DNA of 64,000 bases from a virus. Both the position numbers and the translations under genes were made by a program. Shown here piece by piece: positions 19,258 through 29,771 of the stretch (its first letter is position 1; each line of letters starts with the position of its first letter). The notes under the pieces were generated by a model that had not been told where the DNA came from, searched no databases, and saw only the letters and a list, made by a program, of their open reading frames with translations. The stretch lies in UHGV virus genome UHGV-0098755; one strand, written 5' to 3'.

Positions 19258-19800
19258 TTAATTTAAAATAGCTACCACCGCACTACGAGGTACTACACTA
19301 AAATCACCTGCATGAACAACGTTCAGAAGTTCAACACCATCTTCAATCCATTGGTCTGTTACCCAACCACAGACCGAAATAAATGGAGTCTTGATAGCTA
19401 CTGCATGAGTCAAAAGGTCAGTAGGATCGCATTCTTGAAAGAGGATAAGCTCTGCTTCAAAGACTATAGTTTTAATTACTTCATCATTATCTAAGCGATG
19501 TGCTCGAATCACGTAAGCTTTATTCTTATCATACCAGTTACTTTTTGAAAAGCTTTTAACCACAAACTCGCCTTCACCAAAAGCATTAGTCAATGCTTTA
19601 TAACCCAAATTTAGTTCAGTAGTTTTAATTTCAGTTTCAACCAGTTTGTAGGTTTTGCCAATTTCGATGGTCCGAGCAGTCATAAATGTTTCCTTAATTT
19701 CTAATGGTTTAACAAGAGTGCCGTACATGCTTGCTATATCCATATCAAACGGTTTATCTACAGGATTCGGTGTGTATTCAGGATTATAATTAAATTTCAT
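19258..19800 (-). CDS. Paralogue of the adjacent MotB-like protein (180 aa)
   Basis: Shared C-terminal motif CGW(V/I)TDQW(I/V)EDGV.L.NVV. Confidence 0.5.
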   Translation of the reverse strand: MKFNYNPEYTPNPVDKPFDMDIASMYGTLVKPLEIKETFMTARTIEIGKTYKLVETEIKTTELNLGYKALTNAFGEGEFVVKSFSKSNWYDKNKAYVIRAHRLDNDEVIKTIVFEAELILFQECDPTDLLTHAVAIKTPFISVCGWVTDQWIEDGVELLNVVHAGDFSVVPRSAVVAILN

Positions 19801-19802
19801 AA

Positions 19803-20342
19803 TTATCTCATTTCAATAAAATCTACGAGTTCAGCATGCGATTTGCGGAACATTACTTGGTGCCCACCAATGATAACTTCATCTTCAGGAACTTCGTATA
19901 CAGCGAGATAAAATCCTTTAGAAGATAATTCTTCCCGTTCTTCTCGCGTGAACCATCTCATCATATCATATTCGCTAGCGAAAGCAAAATGATAAAGACC
20001 TATAAACCATCCTGGAATATGATATTCTACTCCAACATAATCTTTCTTGAACTTAGTATTAATTACTATATTAGCGTTTTTAACTAATAGTTTATCTTCG
20101 TGTGGTAAAGGAATTCTTTTATTATTATCGCTATGATGCATAAAATTAGGTCTGTCATAACCTACGTGTAATAGCCACTCTTCGCTCCATGAATCTATTA
20201 TACTCCTGTACGGCGTTATTTGAACACAAAGATTTCGACGTATTGTTATAGCATCTTCATAATCAAGAATACTAAACGATGATTCAACACGATAAATTTT
20301 CATTTTATTATCCTCAGTAGCTATGGTGTTATAATACCACAA
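19803..20342 (-). CDS. Hypothetical protein (179 aa)
   Basis: ORF. Confidence 0.5.
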   Translation of the reverse strand: MWYYNTIATEDNKMKIYRVESSFSILDYEDAITIRRNLCVQITPYRSIIDSWSEEWLLHVGYDRPNFMHHSDNNKRIPLPHEDKLLVKNANIVINTKFKKDYVGVEYHIPGWFIGLYHFAFASEYDMMRWFTREEREELSSKGFYLAVYEVPEDEVIIGGHQVMFRKSHAELVDFIEMR

Positions 20343-20366
20343 CTAACCGAGGAAGTAAACAACTTT

Positions 20367-21050
20367 TTATCGTTTTGTTGGAAGAGACAGAGGATCGCAT
20401 TCTTCCTCTGACGGAGCGTCTTCAAGACCCATAGCATATCGCAAAGCATACTTCATCATCAGGATGTCTTTCGCACAGTCATGAATAGAATCATGCGCAA
20501 CGAATCCATCTAAAGTTCCTTTTGGAAGAGGACACGTGGTCATATCACGAACAAGCAGAAGTGCTTCAATTCTGGTACGAATATCACGCTGATTCCAGAA
20601 TTTACATGGTTCTAACTTAAATGTGTCAAGTTCATTCTCGGAAACGCCGTTAAGACGTTGAATATCACGAATGAGATCGACTAAAATTGGAAAATCAAAC
20701 GACATTCCACGGCACCAGCCTTGAGATTTCCAAGGATCGATGTTATGTGCATTGATGTAATCATTAAATTTTGCAATACCATCGATAGTGCTTACATCTT
20801 CATCTGATGGCGCAATATTTTTTCGAGCTTCAGGAGACTGATTTTTCCACCATTCGATAGTGCTTTTAGTAAAAAGACGATGTCCTTTTTGACTTTTTAA
20901 ATCAAATTTGATTTTAATGCCGCGCGAAACTAATTCATCAAATGATTCAACCACTTCTGGGTTAGGGTCAAAGGCAATAACAGCCAAATCAATAACAGCT
21001 GCTTTTTCACCGCTTCCCATTGTTTCAAAATCTATAATAAAATCAAACAT
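20367..21050 (-). CDS. dexA: Exonuclease A DexA (227 aa)
   Basis: 227 aa DEDD-like exonuclease motifs; synteny. Confidence 0.7.
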   Translation of the reverse strand: MFDFIIDFETMGSGEKAAVIDLAVIAFDPNPEVVESFDELVSRGIKIKFDLKSQKGHRLFTKSTIEWWKNQSPEARKNIAPSDEDVSTIDGIAKFNDYINAHNIDPWKSQGWCRGMSFDFPILVDLIRDIQRLNGVSENELDTFKLEPCKFWNQRDIRTRIEALLLVRDMTTCPLPKGTLDGFVAHDSIHDCAKDILMMKYALRYAMGLEDAPSEEECDPLSLPTKR

Positions 21051-21292
21051 TAAATTTTCCTTGCTAAATCGCGAATTTGACCTACAGTATAATCTTGGAT
21101 ATAAACTTTATTAATGGGCTCATCAATAAATTTTGCCATAGATTCAATATCTTTTTGTATCTCTTCAAGACTGTATACTATCTTTGAAGCTTTTTCGCGA
21201 ATAGTAACATTATCAGGTCCTGGATTTTCCTCAATGACAGCTTTAACATTTGTCATAAGAGATTTAAACTGATGTAAACTTAATTCAATCAT
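21050..21292 (-). CDS. Hypothetical protein (80 aa)
   Basis: ORF. Confidence 0.5.
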   Translation of the reverse strand: MIELSLHQFKSLMTNVKAVIEENPGPDNVTIREKASKIVYSLEEIQKDIESMAKFIDEPINKVYIQDYTVGQIRDLARKI

Positions 21293-21545
21293 TAATAACC
21301 GCCTTATAAAGATGGCTAATTTCGCCTAAAATATAATCACTGATTGTAACAGTTTTCACTTCACCACAAAAGAATTCTAACGCAATCAAATCTCGTTCAA
21401 TTTCTTCCAATTGAAGCATTAACTTGCCTGATTCAATTTTTACATTTCTGCGATTTTTACTATAAGCTATTTCATATATTTCGCTCACTTTATCTTGAAG
21501 TAGATAAAACTGGTCTTTAGTTATTTCCACGAATAGCTTCCTCAA
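21285..21545 (-). CDS. Hypothetical protein (86 aa)
   Basis: ORF. Confidence 0.5.
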   Translation of the reverse strand: MRKLFVEITKDQFYLLQDKVSEIYEIAYSKNRRNVKIESGKLMLQLEEIERDLIALEFFCGEVKTVTISDYILGEISHLYKAVIND

Positions 21546-21551
21546 ATTTAA

Positions 21552-22871
21552 TCATACATAAAACACATCATAACGACCGCGTGTTACACCAACATAAAGA
21601 AGCTGTTGAGCCAATTCAGCGTCTGCATAATGAATACAGGGTGTATAGATGAAAGCACGGTCTACAGACATACCCTGTGCTTTATGGAATGTTGACGCAG
21701 GAAGTGCTTTCACTTTACTAAATTGTGATTTAGCATCCCAAAAATCACTCCATGGAGCCTTTCCGCCTTTATTCCAATTTTTGTAAGTTTCTGCCGTTTT
21801 ACCTAAAAATAAGTTAAACTTATACAGCTCTTCATCAGATGAAATTATTTTAATCTTTTCACGATAATATTCATCATCGCCGTAAGTTTCTACTGTTAAA
21901 TCCCAATGACGAATTAGATATTCTCCAGGAACACCACGAGCTTTAACAAATGTTGATGTATACTCTGCTTCTATAATACGAACTAATTGCCCGTTATTAA
22001 AAATAATTTCTGACACAGGCTTTCCATCAATTTTATATGTTTTAATTAATGGTTCCTGCATTACAATAATTTCACCGACAATAAAATCTTTATCAGTTTC
22101 AAAAATCTTTTTACGAATAATGCTATTTAACTTATCAACAGATTTATTCGTAAATGCCATTACACGATTTTCAAACAAATCATCTAGTGATTTGACGATT
22201 GAAAAATAATTTACCATAAAATCGCGTAAAGCGGTATCACCAGTAAATCCACGTACTCCATGCCCGTCAACAATTTTATCATAAATCCACTTACCGTTAC
22301 GAACATCAGTAGCTACATCAATAATAGGAGCATTACTGCGTTTAACTTCAGTGAGTTCACACTGATAAAAGTCTTTGTGTGTAAAGAATGGACTGATATA
22401 AGCAGTGTTTTCTCCTGGGTCAACAGGTCTAATTTGCTTATTATCACCTATTCCAATTATAGTACACCACGATGGAATAGTTGAAAGCAGAATTTTAAAT
22501 AGCTTTCTATCATACATTGACACTTCGTCGCAGATTAATACTCTGCATTTAGCCAAATCTGGTACTTCTTTTTGTTCAAAAAGAACGTTTTCTTCGTATG
22601 TTACTGGGTTAATTTTGAGAATACTGTGAATAGTACTCGCTTCTTTCCCTGATAGTTTTGAAAGAATCTTTTTAGCTGCATGTGTAGGAGCTGCTAAAAT
22701 AATGCCAGTTTCGCCTGTAGATATTAAAGCTTCAATGATGAACTTAGTAAGAGTAGTCTTACCAGTACCGGCAGGTCCATTAATAGTTACATGATGTTTC
22801 TTTTCTTTGATAGCCCTCATAACGATGTTAAAGGCATTTTTCTGGCCTTTTGTCAAATCATCAAATGTCAT
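21552..22871 (-). CDS. dda: Dda SF1B DNA helicase (439 aa)
   Basis: Walker A GPAGTGKT, 439 aa. Confidence 0.9.
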   Translation of the reverse strand: MTFDDLTKGQKNAFNIVMRAIKEKKHHVTINGPAGTGKTTLTKFIIEALISTGETGIILAAPTHAAKKILSKLSGKEASTIHSILKINPVTYEENVLFEQKEVPDLAKCRVLICDEVSMYDRKLFKILLSTIPSWCTIIGIGDNKQIRPVDPGENTAYISPFFTHKDFYQCELTEVKRSNAPIIDVATDVRNGKWIYDKIVDGHGVRGFTGDTALRDFMVNYFSIVKSLDDLFENRVMAFTNKSVDKLNSIIRKKIFETDKDFIVGEIIVMQEPLIKTYKIDGKPVSEIIFNNGQLVRIIEAEYTSTFVKARGVPGEYLIRHWDLTVETYGDDEYYREKIKIISSDEELYKFNLFLGKTAETYKNWNKGGKAPWSDFWDAKSQFSKVKALPASTFHKAQGMSVDRAFIYTPCIHYADAELAQQLLYVGVTRGRYDVFYV

Positions 22872-23179
22872 CGTAAATTCCCTGCAATTGGTATACTAAC
22901 AATACGCCCAGTATCTAAAATTCGCTGATATAATCTTTGTGTGTCTACATCAGGCTTAACATGTTTAACTTCTATTTTATTAAACCAAAACTTGCGTGGA
23001 GTCTCAACTAATCTCGGAATTCCCATACCTAAAGCTAGTTGATACTGCTCTTTAAGAGTAGTAAATACTTTATCAGCAATCTCCCTTTCAAAAAATACAG
23101 CAGGGCGATGTTCATCAAGAGGAACAGGCACCGCAAATCCATCTTTATCTCTATACACTATCGCATATACATAAAACAT
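22868..23179 (-). CDS. Hypothetical protein (103 aa)
   Basis: ORF. Confidence 0.5.
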   Translation of the reverse strand: MFYVYAIVYRDKDGFAVPVPLDEHRPAVFFEREIADKVFTTLKEQYQLALGMGIPRLVETPRKFWFNKIEVKHVKPDVDTQRLYQRILDTGRIVSIPIAGNLR

Positions 23180-23180
23180 A

Positions 23181-23927
23181 TTATCCTCGGATAAGTTTAA
23201 AAATTGAACAATTTAGCGGGTATCCTCTTTTCAGTTTAAGTTTATCAATAAAAGACAAATTTTGATACCGCTCTACACCTTGAATAATTTTATCACACAT
23301 ATCATATTGCATTTCTGCTTCTGACAACTTTTTCACAGTTTTCCAATCCGAGCCTTTAAGAAGAACGTTCAGTTTAACAACTTCAGCGCCTTCTGCTATA
23401 CGAGAACCATCAATACGAGCTTTGAGTGCTATAATCGTTAGCTTAACGTCAGAGGTTTGTTTTGATTTAGAAAGCTGGGAAATGTGCTCAATTCGGTTTT
23501 CGCGTTTTTTCTGTATAGCTTTAATTTGATTATAAGTCTTTTTGATTTTAGCCCATTTCTTTTCATCTAAATTTAGTTTATGAACTTTTTTCGCAGATGA
23601 ACGACCAATTCGCAAAGCAAATAAATCACGCTTTTCAATCAACTCTTCTAAAGTATAATCAGAACGAAACGTATTATACTTTTTCTTTACTGCAATAACA
23701 TTCCCTTTAATGTATCCAACGTTATTATCAAAACGTTCTAATGATAATTTCTCTCCTTCAATACGATTATCAAAAGGTTCTCCCGAGTAAGCACAAACTT
23801 TCTGATCTAAAATGTTCTTAATGTAATTGAAGTCTAAGTTAAAATCTTTAGAACGTCTTTTAGCAGATGCCTGAGTATGCTCTAGACGACGTTTAATTTT
23901 ACGAATTTGATTATTAGTCAGTTTCAT
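23181..23927 (-). CDS. srd: Basic protein (248 aa) at srd position
   Basis: Position between dda and modA; identity by synteny only. Confidence 0.4.
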   Translation of the reverse strand: MKLTNNQIRKIKRRLEHTQASAKRRSKDFNLDFNYIKNILDQKVCAYSGEPFDNRIEGEKLSLERFDNNVGYIKGNVIAVKKKYNTFRSDYTLEELIEKRDLFALRIGRSSAKKVHKLNLDEKKWAKIKKTYNQIKAIQKKRENRIEHISQLSKSKQTSDVKLTIIALKARIDGSRIAEGAEVVKLNVLLKGSDWKTVKKLSEAEMQYDMCDKIIQGVERYQNLSFIDKLKLKRGYPLNCSIFKLIRG

Positions 23928-24043
23928 ATTTTTCTCACGGACGGTTGACTACTTATACTATAACATTTTTACTTCAGGTTGTAAACAACTTTATGTAAAA
24001 ATGCTTTAAAAATTTCATGGTATAATGAATCTAAGTCCTTCCA

Positions 24044-24646
24044 TTATAGATTAAATCCTTCAAAATCAAGAGTATAGATAGTGTATGTTGAATACTTTTT
24101 GTACTCATATCTATCTGCAATTCTAAATACACTTCCAGCTGGTATCATTACTTCTTGTTCATCTGAAACTAATTCCATATTACGATAGCGATGGCTATCC
24201 GGAAACTTAAAACTTGGACTATATTCTTTACAACGTAGAGCTTTTATAGCATACTCCTGGAAATTAAATACCATAGGAGCTTTGAATTCAAAAATAACTT
24301 GTGTATTGTATTCTAATCCAGAAGCAAAATGTAGAGCTATATTTTTATCATATGAAGCTGATACTACTTTATCAAATGTAATAATATCAATTCCTTGATT
24401 TAACACCTGCTTAGTTTCAACTGGAACACCTCTCCAAAGAGGTTTATCGTTTGGAACCAAACGAGATTTGATTATTTCATTTAACCAAGAATGATCGTCT
24501 GGCTTATTAGTAATACAATGAATTAAAAGTTCAATTTCGGATAAATTAAACCCTTCAGAAAGTAATTCTTCACGAATAGAAGCACGCACCGATGCATCCA
24601 TTGATTTTATTTTAAAATCTTTTAGTTGCATTACTGAGTATTTCAT
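24044..24646 (-). CDS. modA: ADP-ribosyltransferase ModA (200 aa)
   Basis: 200 aa; tandem with 207-aa paralogue as in T4. Confidence 0.6.
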   Translation of the reverse strand: MKYSVMQLKDFKIKSMDASVRASIREELLSEGFNLSEIELLIHCITNKPDDHSWLNEIIKSRLVPNDKPLWRGVPVETKQVLNQGIDIITFDKVVSASYDKNIALHFASGLEYNTQVIFEFKAPMVFNFQEYAIKALRCKEYSPSFKFPDSHRYRNMELVSDEQEVMIPAGSVFRIADRYEYKKYSTYTIYTLDFEGFNL

Positions 24647-25266
24647 TCAACTACCTCAATATCATAAACTTTAAATGTTCCAAATGAATCGTGTAATTTT
24701 TCTTTTGAAATAGAAGTTATTCTATACTTTCCAATTGGAATCATCCATTCTTGTTCACGCACAATCATCATTAAGTTATCAGTACGCTCTGAATCTAGCC
24801 CATCAGTATCTTCATACGTGTACTTGAACTCAGTATTAGGAGAAGAAAGTATAATATCGCTGATATGGTCAGAATAATTAAAAGCTTTATCAGTTTTTAA
24901 GCGGAATATTATTTTAGTAAAATATTCAGCATAAGAAAAAGAACATGCTGTGAGTAAACTAGTAGTAAATGAATCTACCCTGTTCGTTGAAAACACTTCT
25001 CCAACTTGTAAATCTTTAATAAGTTCTTTTGTCGATTTTGATATACCACGATATAACTGATAAGGCGATTTAGTTAAATGCTTTTTAATGATTTTATTCA
25101 ACTGCCGATGAAGAGCTTCATTCTTTTTGGCTTCCATACATTGCCAAAGAACAGACTGCTCAAAGTCAGTAAATTTTTCACAGACCTTTTTATACATATC
25201 ATATTGAAAATCAACGCTTTCAGCTTTTATAGATAACTGTTCAACATCTGCAAGATTAATAATCAT
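24643..25266 (-). CDS. modB: ADP-ribosyltransferase ModB (207 aa)
   Basis: 207 aa, overlapping stop/start with modA. Confidence 0.6.
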   Translation of the reverse strand: MIINLADVEQLSIKAESVDFQYDMYKKVCEKFTDFEQSVLWQCMEAKKNEALHRQLNKIIKKHLTKSPYQLYRGISKSTKELIKDLQVGEVFSTNRVDSFTTSLLTACSFSYAEYFTKIIFRLKTDKAFNYSDHISDIILSSPNTEFKYTYEDTDGLDSERTDNLMMIVREQEWMIPIGKYRITSISKEKLHDSFGTFKVYDIEVVE

Positions 25267-25333
25267 GATAGCCTCCGTATACTTCAGAAGCTATCATATC
25301 ATCGTTAGAAAGGAAAGTAAACAACTTTTTGAA

Positions 25334-25516
25334 TTATTTTGCCCAGGGAGCCCAGGGCGGAGGGTCAAGATGGTATGAAGCTAGTTCTTCTAGAAGAGCA
25401 TCTGGGGCTTCAATTCCATAATTCTGTAATACTATACGGTACTCTTTCTTATAATCACTGGAATCATTCTGGATATTCGTAGAATGATTATCTTCTAACA
25501 TCTCAAATAAATCCAT
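25334..25516 (-). CDS. Hypothetical protein (60 aa)
   Basis: ORF. Confidence 0.4.
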   Translation of the reverse strand: MDLFEMLEDNHSTNIQNDSSDYKKEYRIVLQNYGIEAPDALLEELASYHLDPPPWAPWAK

Positions 25517-25524
25517 ATTAATTC

Positions 25525-25995
25525 CTAGCGATAAAAACCAAAATGACGATTAGCTTCAGCAATCTTTCTTTCTTCTTCGGACATTCTCCAGCGTAGTCCA
25601 ACATCAAAATGAGCCCAGACCATCCTAACAAATGCATTTATATCTTTAATATCTTCAATAATGAATGTTTTACTTTTAGAAGGTTGACTCGCTAATTTAA
25701 CTTTATCGTCTTCAAACAGGTCAAAAAGACCATATTCATGAGCTCTTTTATAGCCTTTAATAGTTAAAGCTTCAGAAGAAGAAAACGGTGAATCAGTATT
25801 CTGCAAAATATCTTCAGTATGCTTTATAATTAGAATAACATTTTCTGGATATTTTCTTTCTTTTATATCTTTAATTAAAATATCCGGATTTTCTGCTAAA
25901 GGAATAATTAATGAGCACTCTTTATCAAGTGTATTTACCGATTTACCTTCTTTAGACATAAATTCTATTGAATAATGTTTTGCTACTTCAATCAT
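25525..25995 (-). CDS. Hypothetical protein (156 aa)
   Basis: ORF. Confidence 0.5.
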   Translation of the reverse strand: MIEVAKHYSIEFMSKEGKSVNTLDKECSLIIPLAENPDILIKDIKERKYPENVILIIKHTEDILQNTDSPFSSSEALTIKGYKRAHEYGLFDLFEDDKVKLASQPSKSKTFIIEDIKDINAFVRMVWAHFDVGLRWRMSEEERKIAEANRHFGFYR

Positions 25996-26148
25996 GTGAT
26001 TTCCTCTTGCCTACTAATGGGCCGTCAGGAATTTTGTTTTCCTGGATATATTTCTCATTTTCTTCCATCATTTTACTGCCAATTTTAAGAAGCAAATCCA
26101 TTGCTTCATTTGCTTTAGCCTTGGCCTCTTCTAACGTCATGTTCTTGT

Positions 26149-26352
26149 TCATGATTTATCACCGTAAATATCTCTCATCAATTTAAGCGCTGAGCGTTCT
26201 AATTTCTTTTCTTTCTCGGCACTAATCATTGATTTCATCCATTCTTCTGATTCGTTCTGCATTTCTTTATTTGCCTGTTCAACCCAACCATCATCAATAT
26301 ACATTGAGTTTGGTCTATTGAACCATTCAAGCATCTTCTTCAGAACTTTCAT
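26149..26352 (-). CDS. Hypothetical protein (67 aa)
   Basis: ORF. Confidence 0.45.
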   Translation of the reverse strand: MKVLKKMLEWFNRPNSMYIDDGWVEQANKEMQNESEEWMKSMISAEKEKKLERSALKLMRDIYGDKS

Positions 26353-26824
26353 TTATTTTACCTAAAACAATAGTAGGAGCATAGTCAAATTTATGAATTT
26401 TTAGCAAATTTGGGTTTAAATTATTCCATAAAGAGGTAATAAAATATGATAACGCATTTTCTTCTGTAATTATAAATTTATTTCCCTTATCTATTTTCCA
26501 GTCATATATTGAATCATATGAATATAATGGCAACGGTTTATTGTTATAATATGCTTCGGCAACATCAATATAGTTAGATTTAGTAAATGCTTGAATTGAC
26601 ATAAATGGAGAATTTCGTACAGTTTCAATAATACCAATCTTTTTAAGTTTTATTTCAACATCTTCTGGAACTGGCATTGAAATAAAATCTTCTACTAGAT
26701 ACATGTTATTATCATATCTTTTATCAATCATTACTGCTACTGTAATTGGAATATCTTTAGCAAACGCCATGCTATCACTGCTAATATACATTTCAAACAA
26801 AATCGCTTCCATAATTTTCCTCAA
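26327..26824 (-). CDS. Hypothetical protein (165 aa)
   Basis: ORF. Confidence 0.5.
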   Translation of the reverse strand: MRKIMEAILFEMYISSDSMAFAKDIPITVAVMIDKRYDNNMYLVEDFISMPVPEDVEIKLKKIGIIETVRNSPFMSIQAFTKSNYIDVAEAYYNNKPLPLYSYDSIYDWKIDKGNKFIITEENALSYFITSLWNNLNPNLLKIHKFDYAPTIVLGKINESSEEDA

Positions 26825-27162
26825 TCACAAGATGTAGATGAACAACCAGAATCACAAGAACTTCCACATGAATCGCCCGTCCATACATGAACAGGAACAT
26901 TAGTATCATATAAATCAGAACTAGACTGTGTATTCTGCGTATTAGATGATGTAGTAGGTGTTGACCAGCGCCAAGGATTTTTATAATATTCTTGGGCTTC
27001 TTCATAAGTCATAGTAACTGCTTCTACTGTTCCATCTCCCATATAAACATATTCAACTACAGTTAAAGGAAGGTAGTCATTTGAAATAGGAACTACACCT
27101 TCCCCAGGAACTGTAGAGAAAAAATCCGTAAAGAAACTTTTAAACCAATTAAAGATAAACAT
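26821..27162 (-). CDS. Hypothetical protein (113 aa) with Cys/Ser-rich C-terminus
   Basis: C-terminus [18 protein letters not shown]. Confidence 0.5.
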   Translation of the reverse strand: MFIFNWFKSFFTDFFSTVPGEGVVPISNDYLPLTVVEYVYMGDGTVEAVTMTYEEAQEYYKNPWRWSTPTTSSNTQNTQSSSDLYDTNVPVHVWTGDSCGSSCDSGCSSTSCD

Positions 27163-27368
27163 TACAAAAAGCCTCTTTTGAATTCGACTTGCTTTTCACC
27201 ATAATCATATCGAATCTCTGCATTAAATTCGACAGAACCATCTGCGTACATCATAAATGAATGCACAACAACTTCTGTAGACCATGGTTGCAATTCATAT
27301 TTCTTCATTACATGCCGTGAAATGATAATATCTAAATCTTCATTTGGTTTAATCCAGCGATTTAACAT
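27162..27368 (-). CDS. Hypothetical protein (68 aa)
   Basis: ORF preceded by early promoter at about 27380-27425. Confidence 0.5.
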   Translation of the reverse strand: MLNRWIKPNEDLDIIISRHVMKKYELQPWSTEVVVHSFMMYADGSVEFNAEIRYDYGEKQVEFKRGFL

Positions 27369-27467
27369 AGTGCTCTCCTCTATAAGATAATTCTATTATA
27401 CCACACTCATTTTGATATGTAAACTGCAAAAACGAAAAAAGGAACCCCGAAGGATTCCTTAAATTAT

Positions 27468-27725
27468 TTAACCACCAATACCTGGAGTTGGCGTAACAGT
27501 CCAAAGACCTTCATTTGCAGTAATCCAATCAGCACGCTGATTTTCTTCATATACTGTTGAATATGCTGCTTTTTCTGAAGGAAATGTCTGATAATGAGCC
27601 CCAGAAATTTTGTGAACATCAGAATAAAGAGGGAAAGCTACAGAAATTTCTTTACCCTGAATTTTACCACCGTTAACTGCTTGGTCAAATGTTTTAATAT
27701 TAACATAACCGCGAGTACTAGCCAT
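27468..27725 (-). CDS. soc: Small outer capsid protein Soc (85 aa)
   Basis: MASTRGYVNIKTF...EISVAFPLYSDVHKISGAHYQTF; late-promoter driven. Confidence 0.8.
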   Translation of the reverse strand: MASTRGYVNIKTFDQAVNGGKIQGKEISVAFPLYSDVHKISGAHYQTFPSEKAAYSTVYEENQRADWITANEGLWTVTPTPGIGG

Positions 27726-27741
27726 GTAATTCTCCTTTTAT

Positions 27742-27951
27742 TTAAATTACATGACTATTTATAATAAATTCTCGCGGAACGTTAAAATATCCAATTTTAG
27801 TTAATATAACAACATCACCATTAATAATTACCGGAGAATAATCTTCTGGAGCATTAAATTTCCAATGGGCTCTAATATTATATCCATCAGAACCAAATGC
27901 TCGACTAGCCGGTCTCCCGGCTTTTTGCCATGCGTAGAAATCAAATTTCAT
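27742..27951 (-). CDS. Hypothetical protein (69 aa) in the soc-56 interval
   Basis: ORF. Confidence 0.5.
   Translation of the reverse strand: MKFDFYAWQKAGRPASRAFGSDGYNIRAHWKFNAPEDYSPVIINGDVVILTKIGYFNVPREFIINSHVI
27755..27762 (-). promoter_or_regulatory. Late promoter TATAAATA for soc
   Basis: RC TATAAATA about 30 nt upstream of soc ATG, SD AAGGAG. Confidence 0.55.
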
Positions 27952-28142
27952 TTTGAATGCTCTATAATTAATTTTAAAGCTTCTTCACTGACAAAAATTT
28001 CGTCAGGACCTTCTATAACTTCAACCATATGAAGTTGATTAGTTAAGAGCTCACACACGAGCTCTTTGTTATAATCTTTAAATAGCTGGTCAATACGTTT
28101 CTTATGGGCTTTCTTAAGCTGACGTTTATTTAAACGAGCCAT
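27948..28142 (-). CDS. Hypothetical protein (64 aa) in the soc-56 interval
   Basis: ORF. Confidence 0.5.
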   Translation of the reverse strand: MARLNKRQLKKAHKKRIDQLFKDYNKELVCELLTNQLHMVEVIEGPDEIFVSEEALKLIIEHSK

Positions 28143-28660
28143 TAATAGCCTCGGTCTTGACGAGCGAAATTTTCAGCATTTTTCAGATAATAAAGTTTAA
28201 AGATTTCTTCAGCTGACATTCCAAGAGCAATGAATTTATTCATGAAAAAGTGAAATTGGTCAATTAGTTCAAATTTAATTTCAAGTTGATCTTCAGGAGA
28301 TAAATCTTGAATTTTCTTGGATTGCATTTCAGAATAACGTTTCTTCCAAGGTTTCCATACAGCAGAAGCTTCTTTTTCGCCATTGCTCATACCACCAAGA
28401 GAAGTATATAGCTCGCGAGTTTCGTCTGCGATATAATCGTCTTGGTTTCGCAGCCAAGCAAGAACTTCTCCCGCAGTTTCAAGTGAATCGGGATGACGAT
28501 TTGTTTCTGGTTTATCGTTAGCCAAACGAATCTGTAAATGCCGCTGCATGTCAAGCATAACCTGCAATGGGTCAATACTGTGCATAATATACTCAGCATA
28601 TGCACGATTTGCTTTATCAACACCTTCGATCAAATGAGCACATTCATTAAAGTAAGCCAT
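28142..28660 (-). CDS. 56: dCTPase/dUTPase gp56 (about 171 aa from MAYFNE)
   Basis: MazG-like NTP pyrophosphatase sequence; ORF track extends to 28675. Confidence 0.8.
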   Translation of the reverse strand: MAYFNECAHLIEGVDKANRAYAEYIMHSIDPLQVMLDMQRHLQIRLANDKPETNRHPDSLETAGEVLAWLRNQDDYIADETRELYTSLGGMSNGEKEASAVWKPWKKRYSEMQSKKIQDLSPEDQLEIKFELIDQFHFFMNKFIALGMSAEEIFKLYYLKNAENFARQDRGY

Positions 28661-28724
28661 TATTTTTCCTTTCAATTCATCAATAAGTTAAATAATTATA
28701 TCATTTGAATATGTAAGCAATTAA

Positions 28725-29513
<789 letters not shown>

Positions 29514-29570
29514 TCATTTATTGCAGCAAAAACGAATTGTGATAAATATTATTTTTAAGGAGGACAGCGC

Positions 29571-29771
29571 ATGGTACAAAAATTAATGGCACTTGTTAAT
29601 GCCATCAAAGGTAATAAAAAACGTATAGCTTTTACTATTTCTGCTATGATAGGAATTTTACTTTGGAATTTTGTTTTATCGCCAGTTGCTATTGCTCATG
29701 GCGTTAGTATTCCAGTAGTTACTCTTGATACATTCGTAGATTTAGCATTTGCTTTAGTTGGGTTAATTTAA
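29571..29771 (+). CDS. Small membrane protein (66 aa), + strand within a - strand region
   Basis: Strong SD AAGGAGG; hydrophobic; late-promoter-like GATAAATA at 29541-29548. Confidence 0.5.
   Translation: MVQKLMALVNAIKGNKKRIAFTISAMIGILLWNFVLSPVAIAHGVSIPVVTLDTFVDLAFALVGLI

Noticed and set aside
26793-27005. ORF 26793-27005 (70 aa) overlapping the Cys-rich ORF
   Set aside because: Entirely overlaps 26821-27162 in another frame; low-complexity; no SD. Judged spurious.
28387-28623. ORF 28387-28623 inside gene 56
   Set aside because: Alternative-frame ORF within the well-supported dCTPase gene.
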